Source: a bacterium
GTDB lineage: Bacteria > SM23-31
Assembly (NCBI GenBank): GCA_965249485.1
Contig: OZ252239.1
Span: 1,888,001-1,952,000 of the forward strand
Direction of reading: 5' to 3'
DNA length: 64,000 nucleotides
Shown: piece by piece, positions 1 to 10,106 of the stretch
Layout: every line of letters starts with the position of its first letter
How positions within the stretch are numbered: the first letter of the stretch is position 1
Notes under the pieces: generated by a model
What the model saw: the letters and a program-made list of their open reading frames with translations, nothing else
The model's database searches: none
Told to the model about the DNA's origin: nothing
Translations under genes and position numbers: made by a program

Positions 1-1
1 C

Positions 2-1693
2 AACGGCAGTCCACAGGATTCGGTAACACTCAATACGGCAATCACCGTTTTAGACGTCAACGATCCCCCGGTTATCAGCACGACCTCCCTTGACAGTGCG
101 ACACAGGACGTCGAGTATTCCTTTTCAGTAATTGCTGCTGATCAGGACAGCGGAGATGCCCAGATATTCAGTATAACGGACGGTCCCGCCTGGCTGTCGG
201 TGGACTCTTTGTCCGGCGCTCTATCCGGTACACCGGCAAATGATGATGTCGGCGATAATGTTACGGTTACGATCATAGTAACCGACGACGGTACACCACA
301 GGAATCCGATACGTTAAATACGGCCATAACTGTCATCAATGTCAACGATCTCCCGGTCATCACGACAGTATTGCTTCCCGATGCAACCGAAAGCGTGGTG
401 TATGGCGACACAGTGAAAGCGAGCGACCCGGATGTTGGTGATGTATTGACCTTCACTATAACAGATGGTCCATCATGGTTGTCGGTTGACTCACTGACCG
501 GCGCTTTTTCCGGCACTCCGGCAAATGAAGATGTCGGTGATAATGTTGCGGTTACGATTTTTGTTACCGATGACGGTACTCCGGAGAGATCCGACACGTT
601 AAATACTACTATCACTGTCATAAACGTCAACGATCCCCCGGTCATCACAACAGTATCGCTTGCCAATGCAATCGAAAGCGTGGCGTATGACGACACAGTG
701 AAAGCGACCGATCCGGACGCAGGTGATACTATTACTTTTGTAAAAATTTCAGGGCCGGACTGGATGACGGTCAGTGAGAACGGTGCTGTCGGAGGGACGC
801 CCGATGTTTTCGATGTCGGTACCGAAATTGCGGTCTCGGTCAGTGTAGAGGATGTAGATGGAGCAGCTGATACACTCACAACTTCGATCGCAGTCATCGC
901 AAAAGACGTGGTTGTTGTGGCTGATCCCGATATGAATACCGATATAGCGATACCGGCGGATGGATCGAGCGTATCGTTGGATTTTTCGAATAATTCTTCA
1001 CTGTCAATTGCCTTTACGAGCGGCGAAGTCGCAAATCAGATAATTTCGGTCAAACAGGTCTCGAGTGACAGTATTTCGACTGAATTCCCAACAGTGCCTG
1101 AATTCACAAATGCTATTAATTATATTGACATAAGCCTCGATGTCCAAAATATTGTAGCTGAATTAACGTTTGAATATGATGAGGGAACAGTGACAGGATT
1201 CGGCCTTAATGAAGACAGCCTTGTCGTAAGCGTATTCGATTCACTCGATTCGAGAGGTTTTATCTGGCATTTGCTTCCAAGCACCGTCGATACGGATAGT
1301 AACACAATAACGGTGACGACCGATCATTTTTCTCTTTGGGCAATTGCGAGTAATACTGAAGAGTTGATTACCAGTGTTGATGATGGTATGGAAGATGAAA
1401 CGTTAACTATTCCAAATCAATTCATATTGGAACAGAACTATCCTAATCCGTTTAATCCGACTGCAACGATTCAATTCATTCTGCCACGTTCTGTACAAGT
1501 TTCTTTGAAGATCTATAATTCTCTCGGCCAGGAAGTAAGAAATCTCATTGATACTACCATTCCCGCTGGTGAGAATTCAATCATTTGGGATGGGAGGAAC
1601 AGTACCGGGCAATTAGTGTCTTCAGGTCTTTACTTTATGAGGCTTCAAGCTGGAGAATTTACAGATATAAAACGGATGACGTTTATTAAATAA
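2..1693 (+). CDS. Partial (5'-truncated) secreted surface protein: cadherin-like/putative Ig repeats, an HFS-containing beta domain and a C-terminal T9SS type A/FlgD-Ig sorting domain
   Basis: The frame is open from base 2. Repeated VNDPPVI..V.A.DPD.GD.LTF.ITDGP.WL units precede a C-terminus LEQNYPNPFNP...IYNSLGQEV...WDG.N..G..V.SGLYF. Confidence 0.9.
   Translation, partial: NGSPQDSVTLNTAITVLDVNDPPVISTTSLDSATQDVEYSFSVIAADQDSGDAQIFSITDGPAWLSVDSLSGALSGTPANDDVGDNVTVTIIVTDDGTPQESDTLNTAITVINVNDLPVITTVLLPDATESVVYGDTVKASDPDVGDVLTFTITDGPSWLSVDSLTGAFSGTPANEDVGDNVAVTIFVTDDGTPERSDTLNTTITVINVNDPPVITTVSLANAIESVAYDDTVKATDPDAGDTITFVKISGPDWMTVSENGAVGGTPDVFDVGTEIAVSVSVEDVDGAADTLTTSIAVIAKDVVVVADPDMNTDIAIPADGSSVSLDFSNNSSLSIAFTSGEVANQIISVKQVSSDSISTEFPTVPEFTNAINYIDISLDVQNIVAELTFEYDEGTVTGFGLNEDSLVVSVFDSLDSRGFIWHLLPSTVDTDSNTITVTTDHFSLWAIASNTEELITSVDDGMEDETLTIPNQFILEQNYPNPFNPTATIQFILPRSVQVSLKIYNSLGQEVRNLIDTTIPAGENSIIWDGRNSTGQLVSSGLYFMRLQAGEFTDIKRMTFIK
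56..905 (+). repeat. Intragenic tandem repeats of 285 nt (95 aa)
   Basis: gtcaacgatc(c/t)cccggt recurs at 56, 341 and 626. Confidence 0.9.
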
Positions 1694-1922
1694 TTAATTT
1701 TAGTTGCAACACACGATTAAAAGGCTGAATTGTATGAGTCAACTTTTTAATTTGAATTCACAACAATTAGCTGTCTACTGTTTTCAAACATAAGTTCTTT
1801 GTTATGTGAAGATTTAAAACCGAACGTATCAATCTCCTTGCTGAAATGGTGCAATATATGTATCTTGCTCACCACCGGGATATAATTAATTTGAACAGGA
1901 AAATTGAACGCTCACCTTTCTT

Positions 1923-2642
1923 ATGCTTGTCACCATCCGCATACCTGAGTTTTTGCCTGACCTGGCATATTTTGACAGCCTTCACAAAGCTGATATCTGC
2001 ATTATGCTCGATACTCTGCCGGACAAGAAGATTAGTAACATTAACGGAACGCATATTATTCGTCAAAACCGTAAAGAATATATAGAAGTTCCGATCAGCA
2101 GAAGCGGGAAGAAGGCGAGGGTTTTCAAAGATATTGAACCGATCGATACAATATTCTGGCAGAAAAAATTCCTCAAACAGATACATCATTCCTATAAGAG
2201 TGCTCCCTATTTTGAAGAGAGTTTTTTCGAAATTAAAGATTGTGTAGAAGAGTCATGGAAATCCGTAGCTGATCTGAATTGTGCATTAATTGTTCTTATG
2301 TTGTCGCTGCTGCAGATTACCTGCCGGTTTCAACGAACTTCAGAATTGTACAGTTCAGTTTGTGACGAGACGCAGGTAGATGAGATGATTCAGGAAGCGG
2401 GAGGTACATCGTTAGTGTTAGAAGAGCATGACACAATGCCATTCAGCGAATATTTAAGAGCACATAAAATCCTGCCCATTGTATCATATCGATACAATTC
2501 GCCATCAGGAAGAGAGCATATCTATCCATTCATTCCCGGAATTTCAATACTCGATCCGCTTTTCAACATTGGAAGGTTCGGTACTTTTCTCCAGCTCGAA
2601 TCTGCGGCGGAATGTGCCTTGATGGAACAAATCGTTAAATAA
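1923..2642 (+). CDS. WbqC-like family protein (divergent)
   Basis: P.FLP.LAYF...KADI...LD, W.KK...I...Y.SAPYF and C-terminal PGISILD.LFN.G match the WbqC pattern. Confidence 0.75.
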   Translation: MLVTIRIPEFLPDLAYFDSLHKADICIMLDTLPDKKISNINGTHIIRQNRKEYIEVPISRSGKKARVFKDIEPIDTIFWQKKFLKQIHHSYKSAPYFEESFFEIKDCVEESWKSVADLNCALIVLMLSLLQITCRFQRTSELYSSVCDETQVDEMIQEAGGTSLVLEEHDTMPFSEYLRAHKILPIVSYRYNSPSGREHIYPFIPGISILDPLFNIGRFGTFLQLESAAECALMEQIVK

Positions 2643-3471
2643 TTCCCCACGACATTCCGGGATATAAGCGTGTCAGTATTATGCGAGCTGCAAAGATGTA
2701 GTTTTGGCGTTTTCGTGCACCGGTCAGGAGAACGGCACACTTATTTTGCAGCTCCTGTCGTGTTTTCTGTCGTTGAGATGATGTGAGTGGTTCCTTGAAA
2801 AGTTTTTGAAGTGCATAAACTCTGAATCTATCAAGTCCCCAGATCTGCCTGGAAAGCTGATCGTCATGTCCGCCTCGCTTTACGGTAAGCTCTTCAGAGA
2901 TAAGGGGAACGTCAAACCGGTATGCTGTGCGCAGCCACAAGTCATAATCTTCGCAGGCGGGCATCTGTTCATCAAACAGACCGACAGTGTCAAAAAATTC
3001 CCTTCTCATCATCACTGAAGATGGACTTACGACACAAAGCTCCAGAGACCTGTCGAAAATATCACCGGACGGTTTTTTGTGTTTTGTCTTCGGATTTACG
3101 TGTTTGTTAAATCTGATCCATTTCTCTTCGGTTTGGCTCATTAAAATTTTGGAATTTGACTGCATGAAGTCAACATGTTTGGCAAGTTTATCCGGTGTCC
3201 AATAATCGTCAGAGTCGAGAAATGCAATAAAATCACCCTGTGCTTCGGCAATTCCTCTGTTACGGGCAGCACTCACACCTGAGTGTTCCTGATAGATGTA
3301 GTGTATCGTGGAATGGGGTTTATCGAGATGGTTACGAGTTCCGTCGGTTGAACCGTCATCGATAATCAGCAGTTCAAAGTCCGAATATGTTTGATTGAGT
3401 ACGGATTCAACCGCTTCTTGTAACAATGCTAACCGGTTGAATGTTGGAATTATAACACTGACTATGGGCAT
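2635..3471 (-). CDS. Glycosyltransferase family 2
   Basis: VSVIIPTFNR, IIDDGSTD, AARNRG, FLDSDD and EDYDLWLR motifs. Confidence 0.95.
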   Translation of the reverse strand: MPIVSVIIPTFNRLALLQEAVESVLNQTYSDFELLIIDDGSTDGTRNHLDKPHSTIHYIYQEHSGVSAARNRGIAEAQGDFIAFLDSDDYWTPDKLAKHVDFMQSNSKILMSQTEEKWIRFNKHVNPKTKHKKPSGDIFDRSLELCVVSPSSVMMRREFFDTVGLFDEQMPACEDYDLWLRTAYRFDVPLISEELTVKRGGHDDQLSRQIWGLDRFRVYALQKLFKEPLTSSQRQKTRQELQNKCAVLLTGARKRQNYIFAARIILTRLYPGMSWGII

Positions 3472-3492
3472 GGCAACACAAGAAGCAGTTTA

Positions 3493-3930
3493 TTAACCGG
3501 TTGGCTGATACCATTCTTTATCTTTCAGAAATTCGATGACATATTCTTCAATCTGATCCCGGACTGATCTGAATCCGTCATAGAGCGAGTCTTCATCATC
3601 CGCACCTGAACTCGGATCCGCAAAACCTTTGTGAATTTGATACGCGGCATTAGGAAACACCGGACATCTCTCCTGAGCAGAGTCACACACCGTGATTACA
3701 TAATCAAATGATTCATCGTAATATTTATTGATGCTGTCCGATGTATGATCTTTAATATTAATTCCTTTTTCCTGCATCACATCGATCGCTACTGGATGGA
3801 CATATGACTCATGAATGCCGGCACTAAAAATCTCAAGAAAATTTCCACCATAGTGTCTGAAAAATCCTTCTGACATCTGACTTCTCGCAGAATTTGCTGT
3901 GCAAATTACAATAATACGTTTTTTAGTCAT
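3493..3930 (-). CDS. arsC: Arsenate reductase (thioredoxin-dependent, LMW-PTP fold)
   Basis: CTANSARSQMSE P-loop, TVCD...ERCPVFP, FADP. Confidence 0.9.
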   Translation of the reverse strand: MTKKRIIVICTANSARSQMSEGFFRHYGGNFLEIFSAGIHESYVHPVAIDVMQEKGINIKDHTSDSINKYYDESFDYVITVCDSAQERCPVFPNAAYQIHKGFADPSSGADDEDSLYDGFRSVRDQIEEYVIEFLKDKEWYQPTG

Positions 3931-3959
3931 ATCTCTTATTTGTTAAACGGTGAGATGTG

Positions 3960-3967
3960 CAAAAGTA
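3960..3967 (-). promoter_or_regulatory. Possible Bacteroidota-type -7 promoter element TAnnTTTG
   Basis: TACTTTTG on the minus strand, 29 nt upstream of the arsC start. Confidence 0.35.
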
Positions 3968-4179
3968 CACACAATGGTGTTTCAAATTGAACAATAGTAG
4001 TAATGTTTTGAAACATAATATGGAAAATAATGAATTATTATTCAAGTAAAAACAGTTCGTTCATGATTTTAAATACTCATCATAGGGTGCCGTAAATGTT
4101 TTAATTTCAAATACTAAGGTAATATACTATCATATTTTATGTTCAGATTATCATGAATTGATGCAGTTTCATTTCATTT

Positions 4180-4195
4180 TGGCATAGGGATTGCT
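4180..4195 (+). promoter_or_regulatory. sigma54 -24/-12 promoter
   Basis: TGGCAT-AGGGA-TTGCT (GG-N10-GC) upstream of the dual-receiver gene. Confidence 0.75.
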
Positions 4196-4268
4196 TATTG
4201 ATTAGTGTTAGTGGTTGTCTAAAATTGATAAAAGTTTACTTCATATATAGGTAAGGTTGAAACGGAAT

Positions 4269-5396
4269 ATGGCTGAATCTGTGCTTATTGTTGATAATGA
4301 TCTGCAAATGCTCGACCAATATGGAAGCGGTCTTGTATCCGGTGGCTATAAAGTCGAAATTGCATACGAAGTAAAACTTGCTGTCGATTTGTTGATGAAG
4401 CAAAAGATTGACGCAATGGTGATCAACCTTGATATGCAAGATGATGACGGGTATGCTTTGATCAAACAAACAAGAAAGATTCTTAAATACCGAAAATTGC
4501 CCCTTATTCTCCTCACGGATAAAATAACCCGCGAAGTCAAAGAAAAGATCGAAAAAATTGAATTGACTGAGCTGCTCGTCAAACCGCTGAGCGTACCAGA
4601 ATTACAGAGCACTGTTGAGCGGTTTTTATCAAATAACAATGGGAAAAGCCTCGACAGAGGGAAAATCAGTGAACGGGAAGTACTTAAAAATCTGTCGTTA
4701 ATTGTTGTGGATGATGAAGAAACGATTCGGATTCTGCTGCAGGAATTTCTCGAAATGCATGTTAAATATGTTGGTGTTGCTGAAAGTGTTGATGAAGCAA
4801 AAAAGCTTTGTGAGGATCACGATTTTGATATTGTACTTTCCGATATTCAAATGCCGGAGAAATCAGGTTTCGAATTTATTGAATGGATCAATGAATTTCC
4901 CAAAATGGCAGGTCTGCCAGTTGTTATGATGACGGGAGTAAAGCTTGATCTTTCCTCGGTAAAGCGCGCAAAACAGCTTCAAATAGATAAATATCTTGCT
5001 AAACCTTTTGATCTTGAGCAACTGCGTTCAATATTGTATAAGATGGGAATGGCTAAATACCGTTTCAACAAGCTTAAAAACTTTAAAGATTATATTGCCG
5101 AGATGGAGACAAGCGACGCAAAAGAAGAGCAGTTTTTAATGTCGAGTAGTTTAAAACAAATTCTCGAGCAGAAAAAAATACTCAACATACTGGTGCGTAA
5201 AATTCAACGTTTTGCACAGGATGATTACTCAATTGAGTTATCGGAATTGAATGTAGAAAAATCCCGAATGGAAATAAAAGTAAATCAAATGCAGGATGAA
5301 CTTGCAGAAACAAAGAAGATGTTTTTTGAACGCCGCAAGTTATTTGCAACTATAAAACGGTTTAACGTTCAAAGAAGAGAAAAAATGAAAAACTGA
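4269..5396 (+). CDS. Response regulator with two receiver domains and a C-terminal coiled coil
   Basis: REC1 is VLIVDND...LVKP and REC2 is IVVDDE...SDIQMP..SG...LAKPF, followed by a heptad-rich tail. Start is ATG 4269 or TTG 4257. Confidence 0.85.
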   Translation: MAESVLIVDNDLQMLDQYGSGLVSGGYKVEIAYEVKLAVDLLMKQKIDAMVINLDMQDDDGYALIKQTRKILKYRKLPLILLTDKITREVKEKIEKIELTELLVKPLSVPELQSTVERFLSNNNGKSLDRGKISEREVLKNLSLIVVDDEETIRILLQEFLEMHVKYVGVAESVDEAKKLCEDHDFDIVLSDIQMPEKSGFEFIEWINEFPKMAGLPVVMMTGVKLDLSSVKRAKQLQIDKYLAKPFDLEQLRSILYKMGMAKYRFNKLKNFKDYIAEMETSDAKEEQFLMSSSLKQILEQKKILNILVRKIQRFAQDDYSIELSELNVEKSRMEIKVNQMQDELAETKKMFFERRKLFATIKRFNVQRREKMKN

Positions 5397-5596
5397 GAAC
5401 TCCAATCCTTAAGAATTCTATCTCTCGTCAGTTCTTCAGGTGGTGTCCACCGCTCATCATGCGGAAAAAAATTAAGAGAATCGAGAGGAGATGTCTTTTC
5501 CTGATTTAGGCAATGAGCGTATTAACTCTTTTTTGGAGGGTAAAAAATTTGTAGTTATCGTCATTGAGTGATTAGGTGGCCCCATACCATGAGTCA

Positions 5597-6253
5597 TTAA
5601 TCATCTGTGTTTTCTCGCGAAGGGCACAACTCATTTATAGTACACTGAGCACAGAGCGGTTTTCTGGCCTGACATGTCTTTCTCCCATGATCGATCAGCA
5701 AATGTGAAAAATGAGTCCATTCTGGCTGAGGTACGATTTCATTGAGGTCCAGTTCAATTTTATCAGGATTACTCTTGTCGGAAAAGCCGAGTCGGGATGA
5801 AAGCCGTTTTACATGAGTATCGACTGTGATTCCCGGAATTCCAAAAGCATTTCCAAGAAGAACGTTCGCAGTTTTTCTTCCTATCCCCGGCAGTTTTATC
5901 AGCTCTTCCATCGTTTTAGGGACTGCTCCTTTATGTTTTTCAATGAGAGTAGCACAGCACTTTTGAATACTCTTTGCTTTGTTATTGAAAGACCCCGTTG
6001 AACGGATATCTTCACCGAATTCCTCATGAGCAACCGCGACGAAGTCCTGCAGTGTTCTGTATTTTTTAAACAATGCCGGTGTTACCTTATTCACGCGGGC
6101 ATCTGTACATTGAGCCGAAAGAATGGTAGCAATTAAGAGTTCAAGCGGATTTGAAAAATTGAGAGAACATATCGCATCGGGAAAGTCGTGTGTCAGTTGT
6201 TCAATAACTTCTTTGCATCTGTTTTTTGTATCTTCCTGATTCTTATCCAGCAT
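5597..6253 (-). CDS. nth: Endonuclease III
   Basis: ILSAQCTD, HhH LPGIGRKTANV, VDTH and the C-x6-C-x2-C-x5-C Fe-S motif. Confidence 0.97.
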   Translation of the reverse strand: MLDKNQEDTKNRCKEVIEQLTHDFPDAICSLNFSNPLELLIATILSAQCTDARVNKVTPALFKKYRTLQDFVAVAHEEFGEDIRSTGSFNNKAKSIQKCCATLIEKHKGAVPKTMEELIKLPGIGRKTANVLLGNAFGIPGITVDTHVKRLSSRLGFSDKSNPDKIELDLNEIVPQPEWTHFSHLLIDHGRKTCQARKPLCAQCTINELCPSRENTDD

Positions 6254-6316
6254 CGTATTCCTCCATTGACAAATTGGAAGAAGTTCTCACGCGAGCATTG
6301 TTCAAAAAATATCGAA

Positions 6317-8044
6317 TTATTGTTCTTTTAAAGTTTTGAGGTAGCGTGAAATATCTTCGGCGGTCATTGTATTGACGATATCGTCAGCCTCTAACCACCC
6401 TTTCCGGGCAATACCGATACCATACACAACGTCATCAAGACCCTGGGTAGAGTGAGCATCCGGATTAACTGCAATTTTTACTATTTTTTCTTTGGCGTAT
6501 TTACCGTACCGCCAGTCAAGATCTAATCTGTGAGGACTTGCATTGATTTCAATAATAGTATTGTATTTCTGTGCTGTTTCAATTATTGCATGCAGAGAGA
6601 GTGGATAACCTTCACGGGATAGCAGCAGCCTTCCTGTCGGATGGCCTAAAATAGTTGTAAACGAATTTTTAACCGCATTTTCAAGGCGTTGTGCCGCCTC
6701 GTCTTCGGTCATTTTGAGTTTTGAATGGACAGATGCAACAACGAAATCGAACGTCTCAAGTACTGAATCAGAATAATCGAGGGAACTATCGATGAGAATA
6801 TCAGATTCTATTCCCTTCAATATAACAAAATCATTGTATGTCTCGTTAAGTCTGTCAATCTCATCATGCTGTTTTTTGACCCGCTCTTCAGAAAGCCCAT
6901 TCGCGTAAAATGCAGAGACACTATGGTCACAAATTCCGAGATAACCGTATCCTCGTTCCATACATGCAATAACCATTTCTTCAATGGAATTCACACCGTC
7001 ACTGTAAGTGGTATGAACATGGAGAATCCCCTTAATATCCTGTGGTGTAACAAGATCGGGTAGTTTGTTCTCTGCTGCTGCATCGATCTCGCCAAGATTC
7101 TCCCGCATTTCCGGTTCAATATATGAAAGCTCAAGTGCCGAAAAGATATCTTCTTCACCGCTGCATTCGAGTGATGTATCATTTTTGAACAGGCCGTATT
7201 CGTTCATTTTCAGGCCATATGTTTTTGCTCGGGCGCGCATTGTGGTATTATGTTCCTTCGAACCGGTAAAATGGTGCAGTGCAAAGGGATATTCAATATC
7301 CGTAACAAGCCGGAGATCTGCACTGATTCCCGATTCCAGCCGGACGGATGATTTTGTCTGACCTTTTCCGATTATCTCGGAAACATTTGGCAGCTGGGTA
7401 AAATGCTCCATTACAGCATCACGGCCTTCATCACGTGTACTTGCGATGATATCAATATCTTTTATTGTCTCTTTATGACGTCTCAGGCTTCCGGCAATTT
7501 CAATCCTAATAATAGCTGGAAGTTTCTTGAGTTCAGTAATTAATTGGTCTGCAAGTGTTTGAGCATGATGATACAAGTGTTGCTCCTGAGCGATTCGCAA
7601 AAATCCTATCCCTGAAATTATATTTTCCTGCGTTTTTTTTCCGAAACCTTCCAGAGTTGCTATACGGTTTTCAGTGCAAGCATGTTCAAGCTCACCGAGA
7701 CCTGTTATGCCAAGTGTTTTATACAAAACACGGACTTTTTTGGGGCCTAGACCGGGAATCCGGAGAATATCAAAAAGCCCATCGGGAAGATCGGATTTAA
7801 GTTGCTCATAATCCTCGATGTGCCCGGTGGTCACCAATTCCTCAATTTTATCGGAGATGCCTTTACCGATCCCCTTTATTTCGATAATCTCATTGGAGTT
7901 TACGAGAGATTCAATTGGTTTGGGTAACGACTCAATAATTCTTGCGCTATTATAATGTGCACGAGCACTAAATGGATTCCCACCAATTAGTTCAATCATT
8001 ATGCCTAATTCTTCAAGAATTCTTGCTACAGTCTTATTGTTCAC
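6317..8044 (-). CDS. polX: DNA polymerase X / PHP 3'-5' exonuclease
   Basis: GSLRR.KETIKDID, ADLR, HFTGSKEHN, and PHP motifs HVHTTYSDG, DHS and NPDAH. Confidence 0.96.
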   Translation of the reverse strand: MNNKTVARILEELGIMIELIGGNPFSARAHYNSARIIESLPKPIESLVNSNEIIEIKGIGKGISDKIEELVTTGHIEDYEQLKSDLPDGLFDILRIPGLGPKKVRVLYKTLGITGLGELEHACTENRIATLEGFGKKTQENIISGIGFLRIAQEQHLYHHAQTLADQLITELKKLPAIIRIEIAGSLRRHKETIKDIDIIASTRDEGRDAVMEHFTQLPNVSEIIGKGQTKSSVRLESGISADLRLVTDIEYPFALHHFTGSKEHNTTMRARAKTYGLKMNEYGLFKNDTSLECSGEEDIFSALELSYIEPEMRENLGEIDAAAENKLPDLVTPQDIKGILHVHTTYSDGVNSIEEMVIACMERGYGYLGICDHSVSAFYANGLSEERVKKQHDEIDRLNETYNDFVILKGIESDILIDSSLDYSDSVLETFDFVVASVHSKLKMTEDEAAQRLENAVKNSFTTILGHPTGRLLLSREGYPLSLHAIIETAQKYNTIIEINASPHRLDLDWRYGKYAKEKIVKIAVNPDAHSTQGLDDVVYGIGIARKGWLEADDIVNTMTAEDISRYLKTLKEQ

Positions 8045-8172
8045 AATTTTGAAATATAATAATTGATGGGATATGGAGTGCTTGATTAATTGCCTTTATT
8101 GGTACACTTTTTAGAGAAAAAAAGCAAGGCAATTTTCTGATGATAAAAGTGGAGAATTTATGAAAGACCGAT

Positions 8173-8550
8173 TCAGCTCTGTGGTTCTTGTTTGCCAATT
8201 CGTGAAATTATATTGTAGATTTCCTGAGCGTCAAACGGCTTAAACACACTTGCATCGGCGTATTGCTGATAGGTTGCGTGGTCGGGGTATTTTTTAGATG
8301 AAGCCCTATACATCAGGACAATAGTACAGTCGGGAATCGATGATTTAATTGATTTCAGAACTTCATATCCCCCTTCATGGACATAATTAGCATCGATAAG
8401 GAGGATGCAGGATGATTCAATATGATTGTTGAGTGCTGCGAGGTCTGTCAACACCTTTACTGTGAATTTATCCGAAAAGAATAGAGCAAGGCTGTTCGAA
8501 AGGTCACGATCTTCTTCAACGATCAGGATTTTTTTGTTATTATGAACCAC
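8173..8550 (-). CDS. Single-domain response regulator receiver (atypical)
   Basis: KKILIVEED...LLID...FKPFD. The start is probably GTG 8550, because the longer ORF overlaps a sigma54 promoter. Confidence 0.75.
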   Translation of the reverse strand: MVHNNKKILIVEEDRDLSNSLALFFSDKFTVKVLTDLAALNNHIESSCILLIDANYVHEGGYEVLKSIKSSIPDCTIVLMYRASSKKYPDHATYQQYADASVFKPFDAQEIYNIISRIGKQEPQS

Positions 8551-8606
8551 TTTTTTAATTTTATAATTGACAGGAGTTTGTACAACGTATAGTATTAATG
8601 CAAACA

Positions 8607-8622
8607 ACAATTTCCGTGCCAA
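8607..8622 (-). promoter_or_regulatory. sigma54 -24/-12 promoter
   Basis: Minus strand TTGGCACGGAAATTGT (perfect -24, TTGT at -12), directly downstream of the bEBP gene. Confidence 0.6.
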
Positions 8623-8741
8623 TTCTCAATACTGCGGTTACCCGTAGAAAGAGCTCTTAAAATCAGTACTTGATACCCAAATATTGTAAAAATCATGTAC
8701 CGAGTTCTTAGAAATGGGAATTAAAAACAGACAAGTGACTT

Positions 8742-10100
8742 TTATTTTAACGAGAGAGATAACTCTTCAATTTTTCTATAAAGCGAAGAAACACTAATGC
8801 CGAGTGCTTTTGCTGTCAACTCTTTATTAAATTCATTTTTTGCCAATTCATCATTAATATGTTTCCACTCATAAATACTCATAGCATCTTTGAGGTTTTC
8901 AGGCAGTTCCTGATCATCCAGAGGAAATTCTGAATACATATTTTGGGGGAGGTCTTTCGGTGTTATGATTTCGGACTCACAAAAAATAATCGCCCGCTCG
9001 ATAGCATTTTCAAGTTCTCTAATCTCACCTTTCCAATCATGATTTATTAATATTCTCATAGTTTCGTTATCAACATTCTGAATGGGTTTACTCATTGCAG
9101 TACTGTATTTGTGTACAAAATGTTTAACCAACAGAGGAATATCATCCTTGCGGTCTTCGAGAGAGGGGAGGCGGATTTCTATAACATTAAGCCTATAATA
9201 TAGATCATGACGGAATGTATCTTCCTTAATTGAATCCAAAAGATCAAGATTAGTTGCCGAAATGATCCGCGTATCGACAGTAACCGGAGTTGTGTCACCA
9301 ACTGGAATAAATTCTTTTTGCTCTATGACACGCAGTAATTTTGCTTGAGTGGTGAGAGGAATAATACCGATTTCATCCAGGAACAATGTTCCTTTGTCTG
9401 CAACTGAAAAAAATCCATCTTTGTCTTTGAGCGCACCGGTAAATGCCCCTTTTTTGTAACCAAATAATTCACTTTCAATGAGATTCTCGGATATAGCCCC
9501 ACAATTGATTGCAACAAATCGCTCGTTTTTCCGATTGCTGTTGAAATGGATAGACCGCGCAATCAATTCCTTACCTGTACCGCTTTTCCCGGTTATTAAT
9601 ATATTTCCGGTGGTATTAGCGACTTTTTTGACACTCTCAAATACGTTCTGCATTTTCTGATTCTGCCCGATTAGGTTCCCAAAATCGTATTTTTCATGCA
9701 GAAGTTGTCGTAAATTTTTATTCTCATGTCGCAGGTTGGAATGTTCAAATAAATTTTTAATTTTGTGGAGAACATCATCGAACTCCAACGGTTTGATGAT
9801 ATAATCATATGCTCCGTAACGGAGGGCATTAATGGCAGATTCAAGGGCACCATACGCTGTAATAATGATAAAAAATGTTTCAGGTTGAAAATCGGATACC
9901 TTTTTTAAAAGCGTAATGCCGTCCATACGCGGCATTTTAATATCGGAAATGACAAGATCAAATGGCGCGGCGGTTATCTTCTCCAATGCTGTATCACCGT
10001 CATCGGCCTCTTCAACATCGTACCCTTCGCTTTTTAATATATACGACAAAGAATTTCGAATGATTTCTTCATCATCAACGATCAGAATTTTCTTGCTCAT
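8742..10100 (-). CDS. sigma54-dependent NtrC/AtoC-family response regulator (REC-AAA+-HTH)
   Basis: REC domain, GKSGTGKE Walker A, GAFTGA, LFLDEI, FR.DLYYRLNV and a Fis HTH. Confidence 0.96.
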   Translation of the reverse strand: MSKKILIVDDEEIIRNSLSYILKSEGYDVEEADDGDTALEKITAAPFDLVISDIKMPRMDGITLLKKVSDFQPETFFIIITAYGALESAINALRYGAYDYIIKPLEFDDVLHKIKNLFEHSNLRHENKNLRQLLHEKYDFGNLIGQNQKMQNVFESVKKVANTTGNILITGKSGTGKELIARSIHFNSNRKNERFVAINCGAISENLIESELFGYKKGAFTGALKDKDGFFSVADKGTLFLDEIGIIPLTTQAKLLRVIEQKEFIPVGDTTPVTVDTRIISATNLDLLDSIKEDTFRHDLYYRLNVIEIRLPSLEDRKDDIPLLVKHFVHKYSTAMSKPIQNVDNETMRILINHDWKGEIRELENAIERAIIFCESEIITPKDLPQNMYSEFPLDDQELPENLKDAMSIYEWKHINDELAKNEFNKELTAKALGISVSSLYRKIEELSLSLK

Positions 10101-10106
10101 TTACCT

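Noticed and set aside
142..897. 251-aa antisense ORF, and the many other antisense or overlapping ORFs in the track (e.g. 37744-38307, 46618-47232, 48279-48926)
   Set aside because: They are shadows of well-supported genes on the opposite strand and have no motifs of their own.
56..905. 285-nt repeats as CRISPR or a mobile element
   Set aside because: They are in-frame, degenerate protein-domain repeats with no spacers.
5400..5597. Short ORF(s) coupled to the nth stop (TAATG overlap)
   Set aside because: About 41 codons with no recognisable family. It may be a remnant, but I cannot support that.
5597..8044. polX-nth as a novel repair or defence system
   Set aside because: Both are canonical base-excision-repair enzymes with intact motifs, so the pairing is unsurprising.
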